A DNA stretch of 51,282 bases from positions 1-51,282 of the forward strand of contig JARQWU010000043.1 in assembly GCA_040182905.1 (NCBI GenBank), in the 5' to 3' direction. The DNA is from Barthelona sp. PAP020. Taxonomy: Eukaryota. Positions 42,133 through 51,282 of the stretch are shown here, piece after piece. A program made the translations under genes and the position numbers. Within the stretch, counting starts at the first letter, position 1, and each line of letters begins with the position of its first letter. The notes under the pieces were generated by a model, which did no database searches, had not been told where the DNA came from, and saw only the letters and a list, made by a program, of their open reading frames with translations.

Positions 42133-42942
42133 ATGATGAAATTGTCATTATTTGCAATAACATTGATCGTGTTTATTTGTGTACAAGCATCGGAACCTTT
42201 TGTGTTATCTGGAGATTCTTTGCCAAAACTTAAGTCCCCAAAGTTGAGAAGAACAATTACTGTGTCTCATTGGGGAAAAACTTCGGTTAAAGATGAAGTT
42301 TGGCTTGTCAATGAAGCTGCACCCATGAAGAATGGTTTTTCTCGTATTGATTATCAAAGAAATCAACAATATCAAATGTTGGCTGCAAACAAAATTAGAT
42401 TTACTCTTCCCAAACAAGTTGAAGTTGATTCTTTTTACTATCGTGACACTATTGGAAATATTTCAACATCTCAATATGAAGTGAAGGAGAATAATGTAGA
42501 ACTTTCATGTGAGCCTAGATTTCCTTTATTTGGAGGATGGAAAACTGATTTTATCTACGGATTTAAAGTTAAAACATCGACTATTCTTTCAAATGAAAAT
42601 TCTAATGCTGTTCTTTCTTATCAAACTTTCCCTGAAATTGAATCCGTTACTCTTACGGATGTTGAAACAATTGTAAGATTACCTGAAGGTTCTACAATTG
42701 TGTCTTTTGAGACTGATTCTTCTTTGGTTGGAAAAATTTCGGATCTTACTTTCCATCATTTAGATATTCAAGGCAGACCAACTGTTGTTTTTAGTGGAGT
42801 TGCCCCTGAAGCTGGTGATTTTTCCATTCATTATTCCTATCCTAAATGGAGAATTATTCAAAAGCCAGTTGTTGTAGTTGTATTGTTGTCTTCCATATTA
42901 GCTGCTTTATATATCTTCAGTGCTATTTTAAAGTTGATTTAA
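42133..42942 (+). CDS. RPN1: Oligosaccharyltransferase subunit ribophorin I (Ost1), short form
   Basis: VSHWG, FSRIDYQ, YYRDTIGNISTS, PRFPLFGGWK and LD..GRP motifs, plus a signal peptide and C-terminal TM. Confidence 0.92.
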   Translation: MMKLSLFAITLIVFICVQASEPFVLSGDSLPKLKSPKLRRTITVSHWGKTSVKDEVWLVNEAAPMKNGFSRIDYQRNQQYQMLAANKIRFTLPKQVEVDSFYYRDTIGNISTSQYEVKENNVELSCEPRFPLFGGWKTDFIYGFKVKTSTILSNENSNAVLSYQTFPEIESVTLTDVETIVRLPEGSTIVSFETDSSLVGKISDLTFHHLDIQGRPTVVFSGVAPEAGDFSIHYSYPKWRIIQKPVVVVVLLSSILAALYIFSAILKLI

Positions 42943-43122
42943 ATGCAAAAATGTGTTATTCTTGAATAAAAATATTATATTTTTGTTTTTATTAATGATC
43001 ATTCTTATTGTTGGGGATCTGAAGGAAAAAATGTAAAATAGGAGAGAAATTGAACAAACACATCCAAGAATTAAAGGAACAAAAATTTTCTTTTCAAACT
43101 CACTATTTTTGTCAACTGAAAA

Positions 43123-46100
43123 ATGGTAAGGTCATCACGATTGATAGTTAAAGAAATGTATCTTGAAAATTTCAAATCTTATGCGAATATTGTACGAATT
43201 GGACCATTTGACAGTTCTTTTTCCACAATTGTTGGGTCTAACGGAAGTGGAAAATCTAATGTATTAGATGCCTTGTTGTTTGTTTTTGGAAAACGAGCGT
43301 CAAGTATTAGATTGAAGAAATTATCAGAATTAATACATAAATCCAAAGATCATCCCAATTTTACACATGCAAGGGTTGAAGTCTTGTTTGAGGAAATAGA
43401 TGTAAATACACAAGAAACAATACCTGATACAAATTTTTCTGTTTCCAGAGAAATCCGTTTGGAGGGTTCAAGCAGCAATGCAAAATCGTATTATTATATT
43501 AATCAAACAAAATCATCATTTACAGAGGTTACACAACTTTTTAGCGATTATAAAATTGATTTGAAAAATAATCGTTTTTTAATTTTGCAGGGAGAAGTTG
43601 AAGCTATCAGTTTAATGAAACCCAAAGGAATCAATCCATCTGAAGTTGGTATGTTAGAATATTTGGAAGAAGTCATTGGTACAAATCAATATGTTGAACA
43701 GATTATGGATATTGAACATGATTTGGAGGAAAAAGAGCAGGAAAACAATGTGTTACAAAGTCGTTTTGATATAGCTCAAAATCAATTGGAAGCTTTAAAG
43801 GGGGAGAAAGCAGATGTCGACAAATATTTAAGATCAAGAATACATTATTTAATCATGAAGTGGAAAAAGGCACATGGTGGATATTTATTGGCTGAAAAAG
43901 ATTATCAAATGTTTTTGGAGAACATTAACGAATCGAAAATTGAGTTAGAAGGAATGCGCTCATCTAATCAATGTGCTGAAATGGAAGACATCATGAAAAA
44001 ATTGGAAAAAGAAACAATTTCCAAACGTGCAGAATCAATAATGATCAAAAAAAAATTAGACAATGCGAACAAACATTTAGATAGAGCCTTAAAGGTTGAT
44101 AATGAGTTTCATTCTGAAATGGATATAATAAAGAAAGAATATGAATCCATTGAAGCATTGTCTGATGATCTTAATAATGAAATCAAATATTTGAATGTAA
44201 AAGAGCAAGAATTGAATGCTTTGATTGAAAATTATGAAAAAGAAAAGGATGAAAAGATTGAGATGCAAAAAAAAGAAGAAGCCACTTTACAAATGTACAT
44301 TGAAAAGTATCATGCTGAATTTGGAGATTTAGACAAGCAAAAACAAGAATTGATAGATTCTATAAATCCTACATTATCACAAATTGATGCGTTGAATGCC
44401 AAGAAAGGATATTTAGAACAAAACATATCTGCACCAAATCAAAGAAAAAAAGAATTGGAAGAAAATATTGAAAAATTGCAAGAGAATATTGAAAAATTAC
44501 AAAAAATATTTGAAGAAAGTGATTTGGAATTGAAAGAAAAGTTGCATTTGAAAGAAAGATTGATGAAACATCATAAAAAGATCAGTTGTGCCGTTGAAAA
44601 ACTTGAAGATGAATTGAATATTGCTGAAAATAATTTAAAAGATGCAAAACAAGAATATTCCACATTATCTCAGCAATTTTCATCAGCAGGTGATAGAACA
44701 TTACAATCCATATTAGCTGCAAGAGATAAGAATCAAATTGAAGGTATTTATGGTCCTTTAAAGGATTTATGTCAAGTTGATGAACGATATCAGGTAGCTT
44801 TTGAAAATTCTTCAAAATTTTTAAATTTTATTGTTGTTAGAGATCAAAATGTTGCAAAAGAATGTATTCAACTTTTGAAAGAAAAGAATTTAGGAAGATT
44901 AACATTTATCAAATTAAATGAACTTGGTACTGCAAGTGATACTCCCAAATTTCAAAAATTGCCTTCCTTTGAAGGAGTTCAAAATGACTATGGTTATTTA
45001 TTTGATGTAATTGATTGTCCTAATGAATTTAAACCCTCTGTATTTAGAGCTATTCAATTTACCATTTGGACTACAGATATGAATGATGCAAAAATAATTG
45101 CGTATGGTCGTCAAAGGAGACGTGTTGTTACTTTAAATGGAGAAATTTTTGAAACCAGTGGTAGTTTAACAGGTGGTTCTTCACATTCTTCCAAGAAGAG
45201 AACTTTGGTTACTGCAAAGCAATTGATGGATGCTGAAAATAAAATTCGCGAACTAAATCAAGTTTTCAAAGACATTGATAAAGAATTTGAAGACAAAAAA
45301 ACTATTTTAAAAGAAATAAACATTGAATTGAAGAAATTAGAAGATAGAATTATTGAACTAGAAAATTTTCACAAGAATTTTGATGGGTCGTTTAATTTAA
45401 AAGAGAAACAATTGAAAGCAGCAGAAGAGGAATGGAATGAAATTGTTGAAGTCTTAAATGCTCAAGATTATAAGTCTCAAGTCGCCAATATTACTCAAAT
45501 TACTGATGAAATTGAAGATTTATCCACTCAAATAGCTTCCAGTCAACAAGAAATTGCTGAATTAGATCGAAAGAGTGATATGATTACGATACGAGCTCAA
45601 AAGGAAAAGATATCTATTTTACAGAAAAGATTAAACTTTTTGGAAGAAAAACTTGTTGAATGTCGTGATGAAATTGTATTTTCGACTGAAAAAGTAGCGA
45701 AAAAGGAACAAATTGCCAAAGAATACAAAAAACAAATGAATGAGTTGCAATCCAAAAGAAAGAATCTGAAACTTGAGTATTCAAAGAATGAAGAAGAAAT
45801 CAACATTGCTACTCAACATAAAGCTTCTTTAGAGAATGAATATAATGAAAAGAAAGATAAGTTGTTGGAGATTCAAAGAGATTATGATGAAATTAGACTT
45901 AAAATTCAAAAATTGAAAGAAAAAGAAATGAATATTTTGGAAATGATTAATGAGAGTGAAGAACAATTAAAAAATTTGGATAATGTTAAAACTATAACCA
46001 GTGAAAGAATGAACAGTTATTTTGATTCAATTAATGAAGATAAATGCAGCTTAGATTTTGAATTTGCTACACTTACAAAAGATTCTCAAATTGATCAATT

Positions 46101-46869
46101 GACTAAAGAATTAAAAGATGATTTAGAAATCAAAACTATTCAAGAATTGATTGAAAATGAAGCAAATGAAGCTAATTTCTTGATAAATTTCAAAGAAGAA
46201 TTAACTTCAAATGTAGCATTGGCGAAGGAACAATTTAATTTGGTTAAAGAATGTGATTTATCAATTATTGAGGAATACAGAGAAAAATTAGGCAAATTTG
46301 CTGAAGTTAGCAATGAATATCATAGTTTCAAAGAAATTTATGATGGTTTAAAAAATAAAAAGTTTGAACTTGAAAAGTTAAGATTGGAAACTTTTGAAGC
46401 AGGTTTCAAAAAAATTTCAAATAGTGTTCAAAATGTTTACAGAAAATTGACTTTTGGTGGAGATGCTGAATTAGAATTGGTTAACATCATGAACCCTTTT
46501 GATGGTGTTTTATTTTCCGTTAGACCTTCCAAAAAATCTTGGAAAAATATTTCAAATTTGAGTGGTGGTGAAAAAACCTTGAGTTCATTAGCTTTGGTCT
46601 TTGCTTTGCACGAATTTAGTCCAACACCTATATACATTTTGGATGAAATTGATGCTGCACTTGATCATTTGAATGTTTCGATAGTTGCAAGATTTATCAA
46701 AGAAAAAACTGAAACTGCACAATTTATGGTAATTTCACTGAGAAATGACATGTTTGAATTGGCTGATAGACTCATAGGAATTTATAAAACTGATGATACA
46801 ACTAAATCCATTTCTTTGGACCCAGCTGCAATTCAAATTAAGATAAATAATGAAAATAATGAAATTTAG
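43123..46869 (+). CDS. SMC4: Condensin subunit SMC4
   Basis: NFKSY, Walker A GSNGSGKSN, LLFVFG.RA..IR..KLS.LIH, NRFLILQGEVE.I, hinge G...ETSG.LTGG, NLSGGEKTLSSLAL and DEIDAALD. Confidence 0.96.
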   Translation: MVRSSRLIVKEMYLENFKSYANIVRIGPFDSSFSTIVGSNGSGKSNVLDALLFVFGKRASSIRLKKLSELIHKSKDHPNFTHARVEVLFEEIDVNTQETIPDTNFSVSREIRLEGSSSNAKSYYYINQTKSSFTEVTQLFSDYKIDLKNNRFLILQGEVEAISLMKPKGINPSEVGMLEYLEEVIGTNQYVEQIMDIEHDLEEKEQENNVLQSRFDIAQNQLEALKGEKADVDKYLRSRIHYLIMKWKKAHGGYLLAEKDYQMFLENINESKIELEGMRSSNQCAEMEDIMKKLEKETISKRAESIMIKKKLDNANKHLDRALKVDNEFHSEMDIIKKEYESIEALSDDLNNEIKYLNVKEQELNALIENYEKEKDEKIEMQKKEEATLQMYIEKYHAEFGDLDKQKQELIDSINPTLSQIDALNAKKGYLEQNISAPNQRKKELEENIEKLQENIEKLQKIFEESDLELKEKLHLKERLMKHHKKISCAVEKLEDELNIAENNLKDAKQEYSTLSQQFSSAGDRTLQSILAARDKNQIEGIYGPLKDLCQVDERYQVAFENSSKFLNFIVVRDQNVAKECIQLLKEKNLGRLTFIKLNELGTASDTPKFQKLPSFEGVQNDYGYLFDVIDCPNEFKPSVFRAIQFTIWTTDMNDAKIIAYGRQRRRVVTLNGEIFETSGSLTGGSSHSSKKRTLVTAKQLMDAENKIRELNQVFKDIDKEFEDKKTILKEINIELKKLEDRIIELENFHKNFDGSFNLKEKQLKAAEEEWNEIVEVLNAQDYKSQVANITQITDEIEDLSTQIASSQQEIAELDRKSDMITIRAQKEKISILQKRLNFLEEKLVECRDEIVFSTEKVAKKEQIAKEYKKQMNELQSKRKNLKLEYSKNEEEINIATQHKASLENEYNEKKDKLLEIQRDYDEIRLKIQKLKEKEMNILEMINESEEQLKNLDNVKTITSERMNSYFDSINEDKCSLDFEFATLTKDSQIDQLTKELKDDLEIKTIQELIENEANEANFLINFKEELTSNVALAKEQFNLVKECDLSIIEEYREKLGKFAEVSNEYHSFKEIYDGLKNKKFELEKLRLETFEAGFKKISNSVQNVYRKLTFGGDAELELVNIMNPFDGVLFSVRPSKKSWKNISNLSGGEKTLSSLALVFALHEFSPTPIYILDEIDAALDHLNVSIVARFIKEKTETAQFMVISLRNDMFELADRLIGIYKTDDTTKSISLDPAAIQIKINNENNEI

Positions 46870-46916
46870 TTCAAAAAGTTCAAAAATCTTGAAAAGTTTT
46901 GTAAAATATTGTTTGT

Positions 46917-49900
46917 TTATTTTTTTCTTTTTATTTTATCAAAATTCATGACCGAAGATCTTGTGCTTCTTCTTTTCAAACGTTTTTCTTTGTTATGAAT
47001 GTAGTTAATAGTTGTTTTAATCTTTTCCAATAAATAGTTCAAAATTAATTGATTGACTTCACCAATCTCAAAATTCAAGGCATATTCACAAAATGTTGAT
47101 GATTTTTGTAAAATTTCCAAATCTTGTGTGACAACATATTTTAAGATTTTTGGTAAAATCAAAGGAATAATATTGCAATAATAAGTTTTACCGTATTTTT
47201 TATTGCAAAAATTATGCAAGAAACTCTCATCATCACAATTGTCAAAAAAATAAATCAAATAATTTTGAACATTTTTTGAATTGATAAACTTTTGAACATT
47301 TAAGAAGTTTAAAATAATTTTTGAAATGTTTTGATTGTTGTTTTGAAAATATTTTATCAAACAAATTTCAATGAATAAATCATCAAAGTTGTACAATACT
47401 TCAATATTTTGAAAATCTTTTTCAAGATTTGAAATTGAAAAATTAATTAAATTCAAGAGGGGATTCTGATCATTCATAGAAAAAGTACATTCTTGGAAAA
47501 TACCATCTAATTGAGCTAAAATAACATGAGAATAACTTAAATATTTTAAAGCTCCATCAAATTGAACCAAATTAACTGTATTTAATTCTCCACCATTAAA
47601 TAACCTTAAAGCTGAAGCAAAAAAGAGATTTAACTTTTTGTCTTGTAAAGTTTTTAAATAATTTTCACAAAAATTTGGTTGAATCTTTGGAATTGTATTT
47701 TCAAGCCTACATAACATTAGATAATTGATGTAACTTAAAATAATTATCAAAAAATCGGTCTTACAATCAATATGAGTTAAATGAGAAAATTTTAAGAAAT
47801 AATTCCCCAAAATTGTGGCATTTATGGAAGTAAAATTGTTCTTAATTATTGAAATCAAAATGTTCTTAAAATTTTCGTATAATAAAGTACTATCATCAAA
47901 AAAACAAAAGTTGAATCTGGATAAATTATTTAAAATTACACAAGAATAATCTTTATAGGTTGATAATAAAAGATTTGTAAAATTTTCAATGATTTTTGAA
48001 TCCAATTCTTCAAAAAATAAACAAAAGATAGAATGTACAATGACAGATTTTTTATCATTACCATTGTAGCTGTTAATTTTCTTTCTATTGTTAAATTTAC
48101 TGAACAAACTTTTCAAATGAAATACATATTCATTTAAAAATTTCTTTTGAGGATCGAATACGTCTTTAACTTCAAAAAATTCTTCAATCATACAATTTAA
48201 GCAACATAAACAGAAGAATTCAGTACAATTACATTGTCTAGCAACGTCGAAATCAATATTTATGAATAACAATTCAAAGATTCGTTCTAAAGCAGATAAG
48301 TAATATGCATCATCAATCAAGCAACCTTTAATATTCTTGCTCAATGAACCAATCAAACAATAAATAAAATCAAACACATTTCTTTGTTCAATTTTAAACA
48401 AAGAAAATCTATGTTTGGAAATTTCAAAATCTTCAATAATAGTTGTTAATCCCAAAATTCCAGACAAAAATTTATGATTGATTTTTGAACATTTTGAAAA
48501 AAAATCAATTAAATTTTCCAAACTTTTCATTGAAAAATTAGAATCTGAGAAACATAAAATTATACTGATAAATTGCATAACAGTGTTTGATTGTTGAGAT
48601 TCATCATCATCATAGTATATAATTTTATAATATTGGTCAACTATAGGGAAAAGTTTTGCAAAAGTTTTAAAAAGTTCATTGAAAACTTGAAACTTTTGAA
48701 ACGGAACAAACGATAACTTTGTCCAAAATAATTTTGATTCATTCAAACTTTCAATTAAACATTTGCATAACGAAAATTTATCTTTATTTTCAATGATTGG
48801 TAACAATAACAATGTACTAAAACAATCAAACACAATGTTTAATAATTCCAAATCAATAGAACCGCAAGAAATAAACCTTTTTAAATAAAGGATAATATGA
48901 ATGACTAAAGGATCTAAAATTTCATGACTATATACATTACACAAAGCACCAGCAGCAAAAGCTGGTAAAGATTGATTATTTAAGATGTTTAGAATCCTTT
49001 CAATCGAAAATATAGACGCACTAGCAAGTTTAAATTGGTTTCTAACTGTGATTTGCTCAACCAAATCCAAAAATCGAAAGTTATCGAAAAATTCTTTCCA
49101 AATATTCGAATTATACAAATTGAAATTTTCAAACTCAATCAAAAGATTTAAAAAATATATAAGTTTGTTATTTTGAATATTCTTCTTTTGTAAGACCAAA
49201 AGTTTGATAAAATTTTGACGAAATTTTTCGCTTGAAAAAAGAATTCGCTCAAGTTTTTCATTTTTATATATTATTTGCCAATTATCAATCAAATATATCA
49301 AAGCATATCCAATAATATTCCCAAACAAACGAAATTCTCGTTTATGTATTAAACATCCAATTAATATAGCAAATAAAGCCCTTGAATTCCGTTTATATAA
49401 AGAAATAATTTGTTCTTCTGACAATCTGGTATGATAATCATGAATAAAACAACATTGAGCAATAAAATCGAATGTATCAGTAATTGAAATAAAATTAATA
49501 ATGTTTTCATCAAAAAGAATAGAAGTTATTCTTGACATTTCATGAATTCTTAAATTGGTTTTTTGAATTTTAAATTTGACATTTTGAATTTCAATTTCAA
49601 CCTCAGGTTCAAATTTTGAATGGAAAATTATGATTTCGTCACCATATCCACATTTCATGAAATAATTAAGAATTTCAACTTTTAAATCATCATTGTTACA
49701 AATTTTCAAAATTTTCAATATTTTTGTTAAAATGGCATTGTTTATTGCTTTCAAATCATAAGTCTCACTGATTGATTTAAAATTTATGCTTGACATTAAC
49801 TCAATTGTCTCCGAAACATTCAAAGATTTTGGAATAATTTTTTTCTCTGTATTTGAAAGTGATACTTCTGATAGACAATTATTCAACACAATGATTGAAA

Positions 49901-51023
49901 CTGCAACAATTGTTTCAGAAAAATCCAATGGATTAACTAGATACATATCAACAATTGAAATGGCTAATCTTTTCAAATGAATTTGATAATCAATAGAAAA
50001 ACTGCATAACCCTTTTGAAAACCAATAAATTGATTCAAAAATCCTTTCCGTTTCAGCAGGACTATTGAAATTTTCAAAATTTTCAAAAAGCCTGTGAAAA
50101 TACTTTTCTATTCCACATATTATGGGTTGATTAAAACGATCTTGATTCATAAAATACCACTTTCCAACGATATTAATCGTTTGGAAAAAATTCTTTTCAA
50201 TTTCGTCATTGAAATAATTCGCAACAATAGAACTATGAATAGATCTATAATCATTTAAAGTGAGTGTGTTGAAATCAACAGAAGGTGAAATTTGTGGTGG
50301 AATTATGATGAAAGTCACTTCAGAATCAATTTCTTTAAAAACATTATTTATTTCTTTCTTCACATTATTAATTAATGTTTTGGCAAAACATAAATTCTTT
50401 TTTGAATATATATCATCAAATTCACAAAATAATTGGAAATTTTTTTTTAAAATAGATAAATTATCCTTTATTGTATTCAATTTAACAAAACTTTTGATTA
50501 TAATTTTGAAAAATTTGATAAAACATAAAAAAACACACTCATGAATTTCTAAATTTTTTGAACAAAATTCAAAACTTTTAAATATTTCTTTAAATCGTTT
50601 TTCATCAAAACAATTGGTACTAATATCATTTAAAAAGATTTTGTCAATTGAAAAAATACTGTAAAGGATTAAAACTATTCTATTTTGATTAAAAGCATAA
50701 CCTTTTTGATTAATATCAGTTATGTTCTTTAAAGATAATCTAAAACATCGAGAAATTTCATTTTTATTTTCATCGTTTATACATTTTACTAAATATGAAG
50801 AAATTTCATCTAAAAATTCATAATATTTTGGATAAAAATCATTTTTATTTGATCCTATGGCAAAATTTGAATAAAAATTAATAAATAATCGACATTCTTC
50901 ATCATTCTTTGGTTTTTCAAACAAAAAATCTATATTGTAAAAATTTTGTTGATACTTTTCAATATCACTTTCGTTTCTTTTGAATGAATTGGTTAGATCT
51001 ATCCAATTTTTAATCACATCCAT
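46917..51023 (-). CDS. Large hypothetical alpha-helical protein
   Basis: 1368-aa uninterrupted F/I/L/N/K-rich ORF with no recognisable motif. Confidence 0.75.
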   Translation of the reverse strand: MDVIKNWIDLTNSFKRNESDIEKYQQNFYNIDFLFEKPKNDEECRLFINFYSNFAIGSNKNDFYPKYYEFLDEISSYLVKCINDENKNEISRCFRLSLKNITDINQKGYAFNQNRIVLILYSIFSIDKIFLNDISTNCFDEKRFKEIFKSFEFCSKNLEIHECVFLCFIKFFKIIIKSFVKLNTIKDNLSILKKNFQLFCEFDDIYSKKNLCFAKTLINNVKKEINNVFKEIDSEVTFIIIPPQISPSVDFNTLTLNDYRSIHSSIVANYFNDEIEKNFFQTINIVGKWYFMNQDRFNQPIICGIEKYFHRLFENFENFNSPAETERIFESIYWFSKGLCSFSIDYQIHLKRLAISIVDMYLVNPLDFSETIVAVSIIVLNNCLSEVSLSNTEKKIIPKSLNVSETIELMSSINFKSISETYDLKAINNAILTKILKILKICNNDDLKVEILNYFMKCGYGDEIIIFHSKFEPEVEIEIQNVKFKIQKTNLRIHEMSRITSILFDENIINFISITDTFDFIAQCCFIHDYHTRLSEEQIISLYKRNSRALFAILIGCLIHKREFRLFGNIIGYALIYLIDNWQIIYKNEKLERILFSSEKFRQNFIKLLVLQKKNIQNNKLIYFLNLLIEFENFNLYNSNIWKEFFDNFRFLDLVEQITVRNQFKLASASIFSIERILNILNNQSLPAFAAGALCNVYSHEILDPLVIHIILYLKRFISCGSIDLELLNIVFDCFSTLLLLPIIENKDKFSLCKCLIESLNESKLFWTKLSFVPFQKFQVFNELFKTFAKLFPIVDQYYKIIYYDDDESQQSNTVMQFISIILCFSDSNFSMKSLENLIDFFSKCSKINHKFLSGILGLTTIIEDFEISKHRFSLFKIEQRNVFDFIYCLIGSLSKNIKGCLIDDAYYLSALERIFELLFINIDFDVARQCNCTEFFCLCCLNCMIEEFFEVKDVFDPQKKFLNEYVFHLKSLFSKFNNRKKINSYNGNDKKSVIVHSIFCLFFEELDSKIIENFTNLLLSTYKDYSCVILNNLSRFNFCFFDDSTLLYENFKNILISIIKNNFTSINATILGNYFLKFSHLTHIDCKTDFLIIILSYINYLMLCRLENTIPKIQPNFCENYLKTLQDKKLNLFFASALRLFNGGELNTVNLVQFDGALKYLSYSHVILAQLDGIFQECTFSMNDQNPLLNLINFSISNLEKDFQNIEVLYNFDDLFIEICLIKYFQNNNQNISKIILNFLNVQKFINSKNVQNYLIYFFDNCDDESFLHNFCNKKYGKTYYCNIIPLILPKILKYVVTQDLEILQKSSTFCEYALNFEIGEVNQLILNYLLEKIKTTINYIHNKEKRLKRRSTRSSVMNFDKIKRKK

Positions 51024-51162
51024 AAAAAAGAAAAGTTGATTTCATTTTTTTTTCCATTTTTTTTTTTGCTTTAAACAATGGCAATTTTCAAACATAAAAA
51101 AAATTGTGTGATTATTTATGGTTCTAAAAAGGTTGTGTTGATGTGTATAATTACAGAATTAC

Positions 51163-51282
51163 TTACTTACGACCACGAAGACGAATAGCAAGCTTCATAT
51201 CTTTGTTCATGATAGTAACACGATCAGCATGAATGGCAAGAGAGTTAGTATCTTCGAACATTTCAACAAGATAAGCTTCACA
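51163..51282 (-). CDS. Histone H3-family protein, 3' end only (runs off the window)
   Basis: Manual translation [39 protein letters not shown] aligns to H3 [40 protein letters not shown]. Not in the ORF track. Confidence 0.93.
   Translation of the reverse strand, partial: CEAYLVEMFEDTNSLAIHADRVTIMNKDMKLAIRLRGRK

Noticed and set aside
46870..46916. TTGAAAAGTTTTG similar to the repeat terminus
   Set aside because: It is too short and AT-rich and lacks the CCAGT and TTCGTACAA parts.
7701..50544. Numerous short ORFs antisense to or overlapping long genes
   Set aside because: They are expected shadows of AT-rich coding sequence, mostly with non-ATG starts.
1..51282. Alternative genetic code
   Set aside because: Conserved genes end at TAA, TAG and TGA and have no in-frame stops. 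Internal stops are confined to decayed regions that also have frameshifts.

Overview
A gene-dense, very AT-rich eukaryotic segment. It uses the standard genetic code, and every long gene reads as a single uninterrupted ORF. The compact, intron-poor organisation and divergent core genes suggest a unicellular protist, possibly a free-living metamonad (inference only). Recognisable genes are SMC4, alanine aminotransferase, a MAP2K, a REX1-like exonuclease, FAM76, a TauE/SafE transporter, a short ribophorin I, an RNMT-like protein, a hybrid histidine kinase, a Cys-rich surface protein, a giant TPR protein, a probable Munc13/MUN protein and the 3' end of a divergent histone H3 missed by the ORF track. 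The most striking unannotated structure is a non-coding repeat family. There are four copies: about 150-364, 362-640 and 3280-3640 on +, and about 26235-25535 on -. The three shorter copies are partial or internally deleted relative to the longest, yet all keep the same ~70-bp A-tailed terminus. Two copies lie downstream of related ankyrin-repeat genes that share a 5' leader and start but differ in modules: a pseudokinase-ankyrin gene at 1072-2886 and a kinase-less ankyrin pseudogene at 27620-26635. This looks like a gene-carrying, domain-shuffling mobile cassette. Several enzymes in the window also appear catalytically degenerate. All alignments were made by eye, so boundaries are approximate.
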